Of a DNA stretch of 64,000 nt, positions 47,266-57,400 are shown in pieces (positions within the stretch are counted from its first letter, which is position 1; the number at the start of each line of letters is the position of its first letter). Location of the stretch: positions 8,386 to 72,385 of the forward strand of contig QCCZ01000003.1 in NCBI GenBank assembly GCA_003281085.1, in the 5' to 3' direction. A program made the translations under genes and the position numbers. Source of the DNA: OCS155 cluster bacterium AG-349-E07. GTDB lineage: Bacteria > Actinomycetota > Acidimicrobiia > Actinomarinales > Actinomarinaceae. Below the pieces are notes generated by a model, which was not told the DNA's origin, did not search any database, and saw only the letters and a list, made by a program, of their open reading frames with translations.

Positions 47266-48235
47266 GCAACCTGGCAAGAAAAAAATGCTTCTTTTTTCAG
47301 GTTCATCAAATGTTGAACTTGCGCAAAAAGTAGCTTTAAATCTTGGAACTGACTTATCAGAAGTAGAGAGAAAAGAATTTGCTAGTGGTGAGATTTATTT
47401 GAGACTTGGTGAGAGTGTAAGAGGTGCAGACTGTTTTGTTATGCAAAGCCATTCTGGTGATATCAATAGAACAATTATGGAACAACTACTCATGATAGAT
47501 GCTTTAAAACGCGCTTCAGCAAAACGAATCACAGCTGTACTTCCTTTCTATCCATACTCAAGACAAGATAAAAAAGCACTACCTAGGGAACCAATATCTG
47601 CAAGATTAATAAGCGATATGTATGTTGCTGCAGGTGTTGATAGAATGGTATCTATCGACTTACACACTCAGCAGATACAGGGATTTGTTGATCAGCCATT
47701 TGACCATCTAACTGCTATGCCACTTTTTGTTGAATATTTTAAAAATAAATTTGATGGTCCAATTTCTATTATTTCGCCTGATGCAGGTGGAGTAAAGAGA
47801 GCAACTATATTTGCAAAACATCTTGATGCGTATGTAGGTTTTGTACATAAAAAAAGAGATCCAAAAATACATAACGAGGTAAAGTCTTTCACGATAATTG
47901 GTGAAGTTGAAGACAGACATGCAATCCTACTAGATGACATTATTGACACCGGAGGCACTATCGCAGCCGCTTCAAGAATTTTAAAAGAACGTGGAGCTTT
48001 ATCTGTAAATGTAGCAGCTACCCACGGTATATTTTCTGAGGGTTCAGTAGAAAAATTACAAGATGCTCCAGTAGATAAAATAATCGTCACAGATACTTTG
48101 TTGCAGAATGGAAATCCTGAAAAATTAGGAAATGTTGAGTCCCTGAGTGTTTCTCCAATAATTGCAAGTGCATTAACATCTATATTTACTGATGACTCAG
48201 TCTCAGCATTATTTATGGGTGAAAACGTTTTATAA
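47258..48235 (+). CDS. prs: Ribose-phosphate pyrophosphokinase
   Basis: LFSGSSNVELAQKVA N-terminus and PRPP-binding loop ILLDDIIDTGGT. The start is either 47258 or a nearby Met. Confidence 0.9.
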   Translation: MIEQPGKKKMLLFSGSSNVELAQKVALNLGTDLSEVERKEFASGEIYLRLGESVRGADCFVMQSHSGDINRTIMEQLLMIDALKRASAKRITAVLPFYPYSRQDKKALPREPISARLISDMYVAAGVDRMVSIDLHTQQIQGFVDQPFDHLTAMPLFVEYFKNKFDGPISIISPDAGGVKRATIFAKHLDAYVGFVHKKRDPKIHNEVKSFTIIGEVEDRHAILLDDIIDTGGTIAAASRILKERGALSVNVAATHGIFSEGSVEKLQDAPVDKIIVTDTLLQNGNPEKLGNVESLSVSPIIASALTSIFTDDSVSALFMGENVL

Positions 48236-48244
48236 GGAGAAAAA

Positions 48245-48484
48245 ATGGCAGGAACTTTGAAAGCAAGAATTTATATGGTTGGCTCAACCTCAGCTATAGA
48301 AGTTGATATAAAAAATAAAGAAAAATTCTTAGATGAAATTAAAAATTTAACTTCTTCAAATGAATTTTATATTCATAAAGATGATGAAGGTGAAATTGCA
48401 GTCAATACATCATTAATTCAGATTATTGAATTCTCAGATGACGGTGAAAATAAAAGGGGAGCGGGCTTAGTTTCTAACCGTTGA
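48245..48484 (+). CDS. Small conserved actinobacterial protein (DUF3107-like)
   Basis: 79 aa. The pattern of an early beta strand, an acidic middle and ...IQIIEFSDD resembles DUF3107. The assignment is from memory only. Confidence 0.5.
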   Translation: MAGTLKARIYMVGSTSAIEVDIKNKEKFLDEIKNLTSSNEFYIHKDDEGEIAVNTSLIQIIEFSDDGENKRGAGLVSNR

Positions 48485-48752
48485 TAACTAGACCGGTTTT
48501 ACGATACTGTCTTCTTATTGATTTTCTCTCATCTTCAGTTGTTCCGCCCCAGATACCAGAATCTTGATTAGTTCTTATAGCGTATTCAAGACATTCAGTT
48601 ACAACAGGGCACTCCATGCATATTGCTTTTGCTTCATTAGCTTGTTTCATTGCTTTCATTGAAGATCCAACAGGAAAAAACAGATCAGTGTCAGAATAGA
48701 CACAGCCACCCTCTAGCATCCAATCTTCTTGTTCAAATTCCATTTTTAACAT
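48474..48752 (-). CDS. whiB: WhiB-family [4Fe-4S] transcriptional regulator
   Basis: Four Cys (C-x24-C-x2-C-x5-C) and the GIWGG turn followed by a basic tail. The start is probably at an internal Met (MLKMEF...), not the track start at 48833. Confidence 0.88.
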   Translation of the reverse strand: MLKMEFEQEDWMLEGGCVYSDTDLFFPVGSSMKAMKQANEAKAICMECPVVTECLEYAIRTNQDSGIWGGTTEDERKSIRRQYRKTGLVING

Positions 48753-48834
48753 TTGCACATACCTTATTACTTTGTGAAATATTTCACAAGCTTGACATTT
48801 AATATTACTCAACTTTAATTTATATGGAGGCATT

Positions 48835-49491
48835 TTGAGAAAAATTTTTGGACATAGGGGTCTGCCCCATATTTATAGGGAAAATTCAATAACAGGTTTA
48901 AATAAAGCATTTGAATACTGTGATTATGTTGAAACTGATGTTCGAATTACAGCCGATAATAATATTATTTTATTTCATGACCCTGATATAAATGGACAGT
49001 TTATTAACGAACTTTCTACAGAAGAAATACTAAGTAAGTTAGATGATGTTGAAAAAGATGAATTGATTTTATCATCAAGAGATCAAATAGAAGGAAAAGT
49101 TAATTTTGAAATTAAAACAAATAGTTTAGAAAAAACTCAAATAGACATACTATTTCAAAAAATGCTCTCTCTTTTGTCACCTCAAGATATTGTTACCTCA
49201 TTTAATTGGAAAGCAATCCAAGACTTCAAAGAATTATTTACTTGCAATTATGGAATAATACTTGATCAAGAAGATGCCTTATTTCAAGCAAAATCTTTAT
49301 CAATACATGATGAACATTTATTTTTTATGGTTGAGAAAACTTTATTAGATAGTAGGAATTTTGATTTGCCATTTCAAAAGACGGGAGTATGGACAGTTAA
49401 TGATGAAAAAGATTTTCAACATTTTATGGAGCTAGGTGTATTCGGAATAATTACAGATATTCCTGATACAATGCATATATATAGAAAGTAG
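48835..49491 (+). CDS. Glycerophosphodiester phosphodiesterase family protein
   Basis: FGHRGLP...ENS...ETDVRIT.D....FHD motif series. Confidence 0.75.
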   Translation: MRKIFGHRGLPHIYRENSITGLNKAFEYCDYVETDVRITADNNIILFHDPDINGQFINELSTEEILSKLDDVEKDELILSSRDQIEGKVNFEIKTNSLEKTQIDILFQKMLSLLSPQDIVTSFNWKAIQDFKELFTCNYGIILDQEDALFQAKSLSIHDEHLFFMVEKTLLDSRNFDLPFQKTGVWTVNDEKDFQHFMELGVFGIITDIPDTMHIYRK

Positions 49492-49494
49492 ATT

Positions 49495-49941
49495 ATGGCA
49501 ATATCAGATGATTTAAGTGCTGCTTTAAAAGAAGCAATGAAAGCAAAAGATAAGCCCAAGCTTGATGCAATTAGACAAGTTCAGACAGAGGTAGCAAAGA
49601 AAAAAGCTGAAAAAGGTGAAGAAGCTACGGATGAACTAGTTTTAGGAGTCATTTCTTCTTATGTTAAGAAGATGACAAAAGCAGTTGAAGAGTATCAGTC
49701 ACTTGGTGATAGAGGCACTGAAATGGCTGAAAAAATTCAGTTTGAAATTGATTTCTTAAGCGAATGGTTGCCTGAGCAGCTTAGTGACGAAGATGTTGAA
49801 AAAATTATTGATGGAGTTCTGAGTGAGATGGGCGAAGTTGATATCTCCCAAATGGGTAAAGTAATTGGTGCTGTTATGTCTAAAGGTGAAGGTATAGATG
49901 GCGCTGTGGTAAGTAGACTTGTAAAAGAAAAATTAACATAA
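49495..49941 (+). CDS. GatB/YqeY domain protein
   Basis: The LSAALKEAMKAKDK..LDAIR N-terminus is typical of YqeY. 148 aa. Confidence 0.8.
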   Translation: MAISDDLSAALKEAMKAKDKPKLDAIRQVQTEVAKKKAEKGEEATDELVLGVISSYVKKMTKAVEEYQSLGDRGTEMAEKIQFEIDFLSEWLPEQLSDEDVEKIIDGVLSEMGEVDISQMGKVIGAVMSKGEGIDGAVVSRLVKEKLT

Positions 49942-49983
49942 AGATTCCTTAAAACTTAAGATTTTTAAATTAACATTTATTGT

Positions 49984-50985
49984 GTGAAAACTTTTAAAGT
50001 AGTGCTTTTTGCTTTTCTCTCAATCAACATAGCCATTTGGTTGATTACCTATTTTTTAAATATAAATTTATTTTCAGTTCTAAGAATAGAATCTCCAAAT
50101 ATTGCAATAGCTGAACCTTCATACAAACTTTCTTCTAATGTAGTAAATTCAAATGATCCATATAATGTCGCATTTATACTTTATGATTCTGAATGTAATA
50201 GATTTGGTCCATTTAGTTTTGAAGAGGCATTAATTGAGCTTACTAAAGGCTTAACTACAACATGTAGTTTAACAATACCTGATGAGAATGCTGTTTTGAT
50301 TAATCTACATGAAAGAAGAGATGGAAGTAATACGGGTATTAAAAATGACGTGACTAATTTTCTTTATTCTTTAATTCAAGCTCCAGCTATAAACATAGCC
50401 GAGCCATCTTACAAACTTAATTCCAATACTGTCCTCGAAGATGTTTCATATCCTGGATTTGAAGGGGATGAAGATTCTAATCTCAGAATCCAGCTTGCAA
50501 TATATCAACTACCAGATCCTCTGAGAACAATATTAACTTCCGAAGTAGATGTTTTAAATGGTTGCCATCCTTATGGTGAAGCTTTATTCAATAGATGTGT
50601 ATTCGGAGTATTTGATCCAGTAGGTTATGGTGCTGATGGAAATTATGGGAATAATTGGGCTATGACAATTTGGATATCAGATAGAGGGATACAATCTGGA
50701 AAATTAAAAGATATTCTTATTCACGAAGCTGCGCATGCCTATTCATATTTAGTCTTGAGAGGATGTATTTTGCAAGGTGGAACTACCTTTAGAGAACTTG
50801 CACATCAAAGATATGGTGATGACGAGAATCTAGCAGATGTTTTTGTTTATTATTATGGGGGAAAGTGGACTAACTATTACAAGCTCGACTATCTTCCAGA
50901 GCAAGATCGCAAATGGGTAGCTGATATGATTGACTATTGTGGGGTTTATCAAGAAGCAGTTTCAGCATTAACAATTTCTTCATAA
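49984..50985 (+). CDS. Membrane-anchored or secreted HExxH protein with an internal duplicated motif, function unknown
   Basis: N-terminal TM, a repeated NIA(I)AEPSYKL(S/N)SN motif (near 50098 and 50392), and ILIHEAAHAY. Confidence 0.55.
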   Translation: MKTFKVVLFAFLSINIAIWLITYFLNINLFSVLRIESPNIAIAEPSYKLSSNVVNSNDPYNVAFILYDSECNRFGPFSFEEALIELTKGLTTTCSLTIPDENAVLINLHERRDGSNTGIKNDVTNFLYSLIQAPAINIAEPSYKLNSNTVLEDVSYPGFEGDEDSNLRIQLAIYQLPDPLRTILTSEVDVLNGCHPYGEALFNRCVFGVFDPVGYGADGNYGNNWAMTIWISDRGIQSGKLKDILIHEAAHAYSYLVLRGCILQGGTTFRELAHQRYGDDENLADVFVYYYGGKWTNYYKLDYLPEQDRKWVADMIDYCGVYQEAVSALTISS

Positions 50986-51039
50986 AATCTACAAAATTAA
51001 TTGTTGTTTGACTCAAAATAACATTTATCCTTACTAATT

Positions 51040-52299
51040 ATGAAAAATAATTCATATTCAGTAGCAGTTTTAGGTGCAGGAAATATTGGCTCTGCAGTTA
51101 TATCTCGATTGTTACAGCTTGATAATGAGGTAATTAATATAAATCTTTCTAAGGTTTTAGTGTCTGATTCTACTAAAGACAGAAGTTTTGATTCGGATCT
51201 TACAACTGAGGATTTTAGTGAAATTGCAAATGATGAAAATATTGATTTAGTAATTGAAGTTTTAGGTGGAGTAGAACCAGGAAAAGAGTACATTAAAGAA
51301 CTCTTACAAAAAGGAAAATCAGTAATTACTGCAAACAAAGATATCATTGCAGATTGTGGTGAAGAATTGATAAAGACGGCTCAGGACAACAATACCTGTT
51401 TATATTTTGAAGCAGCAGTCGCAGCTGGTATACCTGTTTTAAAACCACTCATTGAAAGTCTAAGAGGAGAGGAACTCTCAAGGGTTGCTGGGATTATTAA
51501 TGGAACAAGCAATTACATCCTGACTGCAATGGAAGAGGGCAGCACATACGGTGATGCATTACAAAATGCTCAAGAATTAGGCTATGCAGAACCAGATCCT
51601 ACAAATGATGTCGAAGGTATAGATGCAAAATATAAAGCCATGATTTTATCACTACTGTGTTTTGGTGTATCTCCATCGACTGATGATGTTTACACAGAAG
51701 GTATTTCTAAAATTACAAAAGAAGATTTCGATTGGGCGAAAAGACTAAACAAGACCATAAAACTCGTAGCTCAAATTGATAATGGTCAAGAAGGTTTTAA
51801 TGCAAGAGTGTACCCAGCTCTTGTTGACAGCAAGCACCCCCTTGCAGCCATAAGAGGTGCATTGAATGCTGTGCTTGTTGAAGGTGACAATATAAACCAA
51901 TTAGTATTTTCTGGACCTGGTGCTGGTGCAGCACCAACTGCAAGTGCGATTATTGGAGATGTTCTTAGCGCATGTCATCAAATGGCAAGTAACCAAACCA
52001 ACTGGTATCCATTACGAACTCCAAAAACAGGAGACAAAGCTATAAAAGATGTTAATTCAAGTTGGTTTATTAGGCTTTCAGTCAAAGACGAACCGGGTGT
52101 TCTTGCAGCTATTGCAAACTTATTTGGAGAAAACAGTGTAAGCATCGAAAGTGTTATTCAAGAAGGAAGAGGAGATAACGCAGAGTTAGTTCTAGTTACT
52201 CATGAGGCTGCAGAAGAAGATTTAACTAGCTCCATAGACAGTATTGCAAACCTCAAAAGCGTTAGCTCTGTAACATCTACAATCAGAGTTTATTCATAA
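51040..52299 (+). CDS. hom: Homoserine dehydrogenase with a C-terminal ACT domain
   Basis: VAVLGAGNIGSAV NAD site and the central GIINGTSNYILT motif. Confidence 0.9.
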   Translation: MKNNSYSVAVLGAGNIGSAVISRLLQLDNEVININLSKVLVSDSTKDRSFDSDLTTEDFSEIANDENIDLVIEVLGGVEPGKEYIKELLQKGKSVITANKDIIADCGEELIKTAQDNNTCLYFEAAVAAGIPVLKPLIESLRGEELSRVAGIINGTSNYILTAMEEGSTYGDALQNAQELGYAEPDPTNDVEGIDAKYKAMILSLLCFGVSPSTDDVYTEGISKITKEDFDWAKRLNKTIKLVAQIDNGQEGFNARVYPALVDSKHPLAAIRGALNAVLVEGDNINQLVFSGPGAGAAPTASAIIGDVLSACHQMASNQTNWYPLRTPKTGDKAIKDVNSSWFIRLSVKDEPGVLAAIANLFGENSVSIESVIQEGRGDNAELVLVTHEAAEEDLTSSIDSIANLKSVSSVTSTIRVYS

Positions 52300-52303
52300 A
52301 CAA

Positions 52304-53629
52304 GTGATCACATACCATTCAACACGTGGAAGCAAATCAACACTCTCTTTTAAAGATGTTGTCTTATCAGGTGTTGCAGATGATAAAGGATTGTATTTAC
52401 CAAACGGAACCACATTAGAAAATTTAAGCAATTTAACTCAAGAAGATTTAAGTTATGAAGATTTTGTTAAGACAATATTTATTGCCTTAGATAAAAACTC
52501 TGCCAACTACCTTGATGATTTATCAATTTATTCAGGTTTTGAAAACTCACCGGAGCCAGTACTTAGAGAGATTGAAAACAATAAATATGTTATGGAACTA
52601 TTCCATGGTCCTACAAAATCATTTAAAGATTATGCACTTCAACCGCTTGGTGCAATTGCAGATAGAAGATTGGAAGAGGTCGGTGAGAGAGGGTTAGTAA
52701 TTGTTGCAACAAGTGGAGACACAGGAAGTGCAGCAATTCAGTCTGTTAAAGATTCAAATAATATTGATATTGTTGTACTACACCCTCACAATAAAGTAAG
52801 CGAATATCAAAGACGTCAGATGACTGAGGTTATTCAAGACAATGTATTAAATATTGCAATCGATGGCTCTTATGATGACTGTCAACAAATTGCAAAAACT
52901 CTTTTACAGGAAAATGCATTTAACAGAAGAGTAGTCTCATTGAATTCAATTAACTGGTTGAGAGTAATGGGTCAGACAGCCTATTATGTATGGCTTACAA
53001 AACAATTTACAAATCCTATCAATATCTCAATTCCTTCCGGTAACTTTGGAAATGCTTATTCAGCTTGGTTCGGGAGAAGCAAAGGCCTTCCAATAAATGA
53101 AATATTCTGTGCATCAAATATGAATGATGTACTTACAAGATTCATTGCAAGTGGTACCTTGGAACCAAAGGAAACTATGCCGACTGTCGCACCGAGTATG
53201 GATATACAGATACCATCTAGTTTAGAGAGATTGATTTATGATTTAGAGGGAGATACATCATCTTTTTATGACCAATTACAAAGTGAAAAGGTTGCAACAT
53301 TAAGCGAAGACGCAACAAGGAAATTACAAAGTATCTTTTCTTCAAAATCGTTTGATGATGAAATGATTTTGAGAGAAATCAAAGACTTCAATAAAAATTA
53401 TGACTGGATTGTCGATCCTCATACTGCAACAGCTGTTTCGGAGAAAGTCTCTTTCGGCTCGAATCTTCCAGTTGTTGGAATAGCGACGGCATCTCCCGAA
53501 AAATTTAGTAATGTAATCTCCTCCGTGATTTCATCATTTTCAGTAAAAAACTCAGAAAATACTGAGGATTATATTGTTTGTAGGTCCGATTCTTCAACAG
53601 TTGAAAATACAATAAAAGAGTATTTTTAA
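52304..53629 (+). CDS. thrC: Threonine synthase (long form)
   Basis: PLP-lysine motif FHGPTKSFKD and ATSGDTGSAA. It follows hom. Confidence 0.9.
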   Translation: MITYHSTRGSKSTLSFKDVVLSGVADDKGLYLPNGTTLENLSNLTQEDLSYEDFVKTIFIALDKNSANYLDDLSIYSGFENSPEPVLREIENNKYVMELFHGPTKSFKDYALQPLGAIADRRLEEVGERGLVIVATSGDTGSAAIQSVKDSNNIDIVVLHPHNKVSEYQRRQMTEVIQDNVLNIAIDGSYDDCQQIAKTLLQENAFNRRVVSLNSINWLRVMGQTAYYVWLTKQFTNPINISIPSGNFGNAYSAWFGRSKGLPINEIFCASNMNDVLTRFIASGTLEPKETMPTVAPSMDIQIPSSLERLIYDLEGDTSSFYDQLQSEKVATLSEDATRKLQSIFSSKSFDDEMILREIKDFNKNYDWIVDPHTATAVSEKVSFGSNLPVVGIATASPEKFSNVISSVISSFSVKNSENTEDYIVCRSDSSTVENTIKEYF

Positions 53630-53671
53630 AAAAATTTTCAATTCTTAAATAAATTATTGTAAGATGCCCAT

Positions 53672-54292
53672 ATGGCTGATATCCAACAAGACGGTAGAGC
53701 AAGACGGCAGCAAGATATTTTTGACCTTAATAGGATAAAACTTATCAATACAGCTGTTGATGTCATAAATGAAGTTGGAGATATTAGAGAAGTTACTCTG
53801 ACACAAATTGCAAAAGAAGCAGGTGTTTCGCCTGCAACAGCATACAATCATTTTCCCGACAGAATGGAAGATGTGTTTTCAGCGATTGTTCACTCAAAAA
53901 TGGATGTAGCTGCAAACATGGGTGCTACACTTGCAGACAACTCTTTAAGTGTCGTAGATAAATTAAAACAGATTCCAGTTACGTATGCAGAAAACCTCAT
54001 CAGCCTTGGATACACTGGAAAAGTTTTAATCATTCAGATGTTTAATTTAGTCAATGTAAACAAATGGCTAGACCAAGATCCAGTACAAGCAATTACAGCT
54101 TTACTGAGTAATTCTGAGGAATATAAGGACAGAGCAGATGAAATTGCTGTGAATGTGGCAACTGCATTTAGGGGAGCAATGTTTGAATATGCACTAAATA
54201 TTGGTGATCATGAGCTATTTAATAGATATTCAGAGGAGTTTTTCTTAAAAACTTCTGAAAATTTAATAGAAAACATACTAAAACAGTACTAA
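53672..54292 (+). CDS. TetR-family transcriptional regulator
   Basis: N-terminal HTH VTLTQIAKEAGVSPATAYNHF. 206 aa. Confidence 0.85.
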   Translation: MADIQQDGRARRQQDIFDLNRIKLINTAVDVINEVGDIREVTLTQIAKEAGVSPATAYNHFPDRMEDVFSAIVHSKMDVAANMGATLADNSLSVVDKLKQIPVTYAENLISLGYTGKVLIIQMFNLVNVNKWLDQDPVQAITALLSNSEEYKDRADEIAVNVATAFRGAMFEYALNIGDHELFNRYSEEFFLKTSENLIENILKQY

Positions 54293-54346
54293 ATTTTTTA
54301 AAAATAACATTTACTTTAAATCAATTCCAGTTAAACTGAAATTAAG

Positions 54347-54370
54347 TTAATTAGAATTAAATCTAATTAA
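54347..54370. promoter_or_regulatory. Perfect 9-bp inverted repeat with a 6-bp spacer (TTAATTAGA-ATTAAA-TCTAATTAA); candidate operator between tetR and the giant gene
   Basis: Read directly from the sequence. The position is suggestive, but the AT-rich background makes a chance palindrome plausible. Confidence 0.3.
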
Positions 54371-54411
54371 AAATAAAGTTGTTGTGTGTGATAAATAAAT
54401 ATTATTTTATA

Positions 54412-57400
54412 TTGTGTTGTCTTAGAGTAAGGTCGTTTTTTCACGCCATCAACTATAAAAAAATCACAACAACTACACTCCATGTCCTTCTGTTTGTAAT
54501 AATGTTTATCTCTTCTTGGGCCACACCTCAAGAAGAAGCGTACGCAAATGAAATATGGGCATGTAACGACTCTTCAGAGAGAGCGTATTTCTATAAACTT
54601 GACTGGGAGTTTACTGACAACTTTTTTACAATCTCTCAATATGTTGCAACATCAACATCGACAGTTAACTTAGATGAGACCCAAGTCAGTTTATCTGGAT
54701 TAACGGTCGGGGGAACAAGCATAACTGGTGTAAAAGGTATTAATGGTTTGGCCATGTCACCTACTGGAAAGATGTATGTAACAATCACATCTTCAGCAAA
54801 CGGTACTGATCTTTTCCAAATTAATACTGATGGTTCACTTACACACTTAAAAAATATGGGATCGTATGGAACTATTGGGCAGTTGGATTTCTATCAGCTA
54901 CCAGGTGGTGGTGGACACTACGGTTTCTCATCTGGTGAGTATGTCTCAAAAGATGGCATAGACAGAATTTATTTCTCACAGGGTGCCTTTGATACTGACT
55001 CTGATGGAAATGGTTCAGATATAGCACGACCAAATTCAAATATGATCTACAACGTATCAAACGGTACAACAACTACCTTTCCAGACCCAGGTTTCGTCAG
55101 CCCAATTAATGCTGCTGACTATGCCTATGTAGGGGACTGGGATGGATATGAGTTGGTAACATATGATGCAATCAATAACAAAATACATAGATTTGATATT
55201 GATAATCCATCAAGCTCTTCTTCAGTCGATCCACAAACAAGTGCGTTTTCTGGAGCAAGTACTGTACTCTCAGCATTCTCTTATAAAACACCCGAGGGTG
55301 AGATTCGATTTATTGTAGATGACACAAACGGTATGCGTTTTGAGATTGTAAGAAATGGAACAAATAACTATAGCGTTACACAAAAAGGAAGCTCTTTCTT
55401 AACAAACAACTCTGATGGTGCCTCTTGTGGACCTAATGCATTTGATCCATTTTCACCAACATTTAAAGCCACTCTCTCAGCATGTTCAAATGGTTTTGCA
55501 ACACCACAACTTAAAATCACAAACAACAAATCAAGCACACAATACTTTGATGTAGATGTAAGCGTAGATGGAGGTTCGTTTACGAGTCTTGTAGATGGAC
55601 AGTCGGTGGCTCCTGGTAATGACGTAACGCTCTCGGCCAATCCGGAATATGACGGCAGAACAATACAATTCCGTATGCGCTACAACTCATCTAATCCAAG
55701 TAATTTTGCAACTTCCTACAATGTAGGTTCACTATTAACTGTCAGTGGTTGTGGAAACTATACCTTAGCTACTGGTTCTGTTGCAACTGCAAATGGAACA
55801 TGTTTAGGTGATGGTACATCAAAGCCCACAATTACTCTTACAGCAACTGGTAACACGACAGTATTTTTTGATGTTGAGTACAAAGTCGGAAGTAGTGCTT
55901 GGCAGGCATTAAAAGACGGTGAGCAAGTTGCTGTTGGTTCACCAGAGACATACGAGATAACGTCAGCCGTAGCACACAACTCTTCGGTTACATTTAGGTA
56001 TATTGTTGGAGCGAGCAATCCATCTGGCACGGATTGGACAGAGACGTCTAGTGTATCTGTTAACTGTCCTGTGTACAGTATGACTGCAAGTCTAAATTCA
56101 CCTTCATGTACAAATAATCAACCATATAAGCTCTACACATTGACAATTCAAAATACAGGTAATCAACCTGCTTATGCTCACATTCAAGGAAATATAAATC
56201 AACAGGGTCAAGCCGGAACTTTAAATTGGATTGATAGTTCTAGATATATTAGTGGTGGTTCGACAACTACTGTTAGTTTTCAAATGTGGCATGGTGTTAC
56301 ACCAGATATTCGTTGGATTTACACTACTACTTCGTCAGGATATAATCTTTTAACAAGTGGTGTTAACGGATCTTATACATCTAATTCAAATTATGGATCC
56401 TATGTTAAATCTGGGGATTCCTATCTGACACTCACTGACTCAGAGGTAGACTGTTTCTATGTAGGTAATGGTGGTTCCTCTAATAACTCAAGTAGCAACT
56501 ATAGCAATACGTCAAAAACTATATCACAGGTTTGTGATGCTCAGGGAAGTGCTATTGCAAGATTTACAATTACACAAAGAGATTCAGCGAACGATAGCTT
56601 TAATGGTTTTATTGATGTTGATTACTCAACAAATGGTTCAACGTGGTCAACTCTGGCTGATGGTGTAGCATTTAATGATGGAGTAACGTTAACCTACGAC
56701 TCACCATCTACATTGTCCTCGGGATCTACTGCGTATTTTAGATTTAGAATTGACGATACAGATCCTGATAGTACAGCAGCATGGGGTATCTATACCCAAG
56801 ATATAAATTGTCAGGCTGATTTTAATATTTCACAGGCAATAAGTTCATGCACGTCATCAGGTCAAACCTCAACACTTACCATTACAAATAATGAGTCTCA
56901 GACAATTTACTACAGAGCCGTACCATCAAAAATCAGTGCCGGGCCTTTAACATCAACACAGAGTAACTATGAGGATGATGATGTACAGCTATTTTCTATT
57001 GCTGCAAATACAACCTATACACACACTACAACAAAAACTTATACGTATGGTGTTGCAAGTAATATGTACTGGAGGGTTCAAGGTTCATTTACACAAAATC
57101 CTGATTGGACTAATACTACACTCCACAATAGAGTTCACACGGGTGTAGTCGCTACAGATTGTAATCCTTCAACTACAGCTACTTATGCAATGAGTACTTG
57201 TACTATCACAGGAAAAACATCAACGCTTACAATAACAAACAATGAGTCAGCAACAATCTATGTCAGGGTTCAGCCATCAGAGGATAAACTCACAACAACA
57301 AGTTATCAGGACTCTTCCTATTATGACACTTCACCAGCACCAATTGTTTATGCCATACCTGCAAATACGACAGTAACGTATGATGCAAGTGCTAGGCCTG

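Noticed and set aside
50997-51347. 116-aa minus-strand ORF
   Set aside because: It lies antisense to the 5' part of homoserine dehydrogenase, whose NAD-binding N-terminus is unambiguous. It has no independent support.
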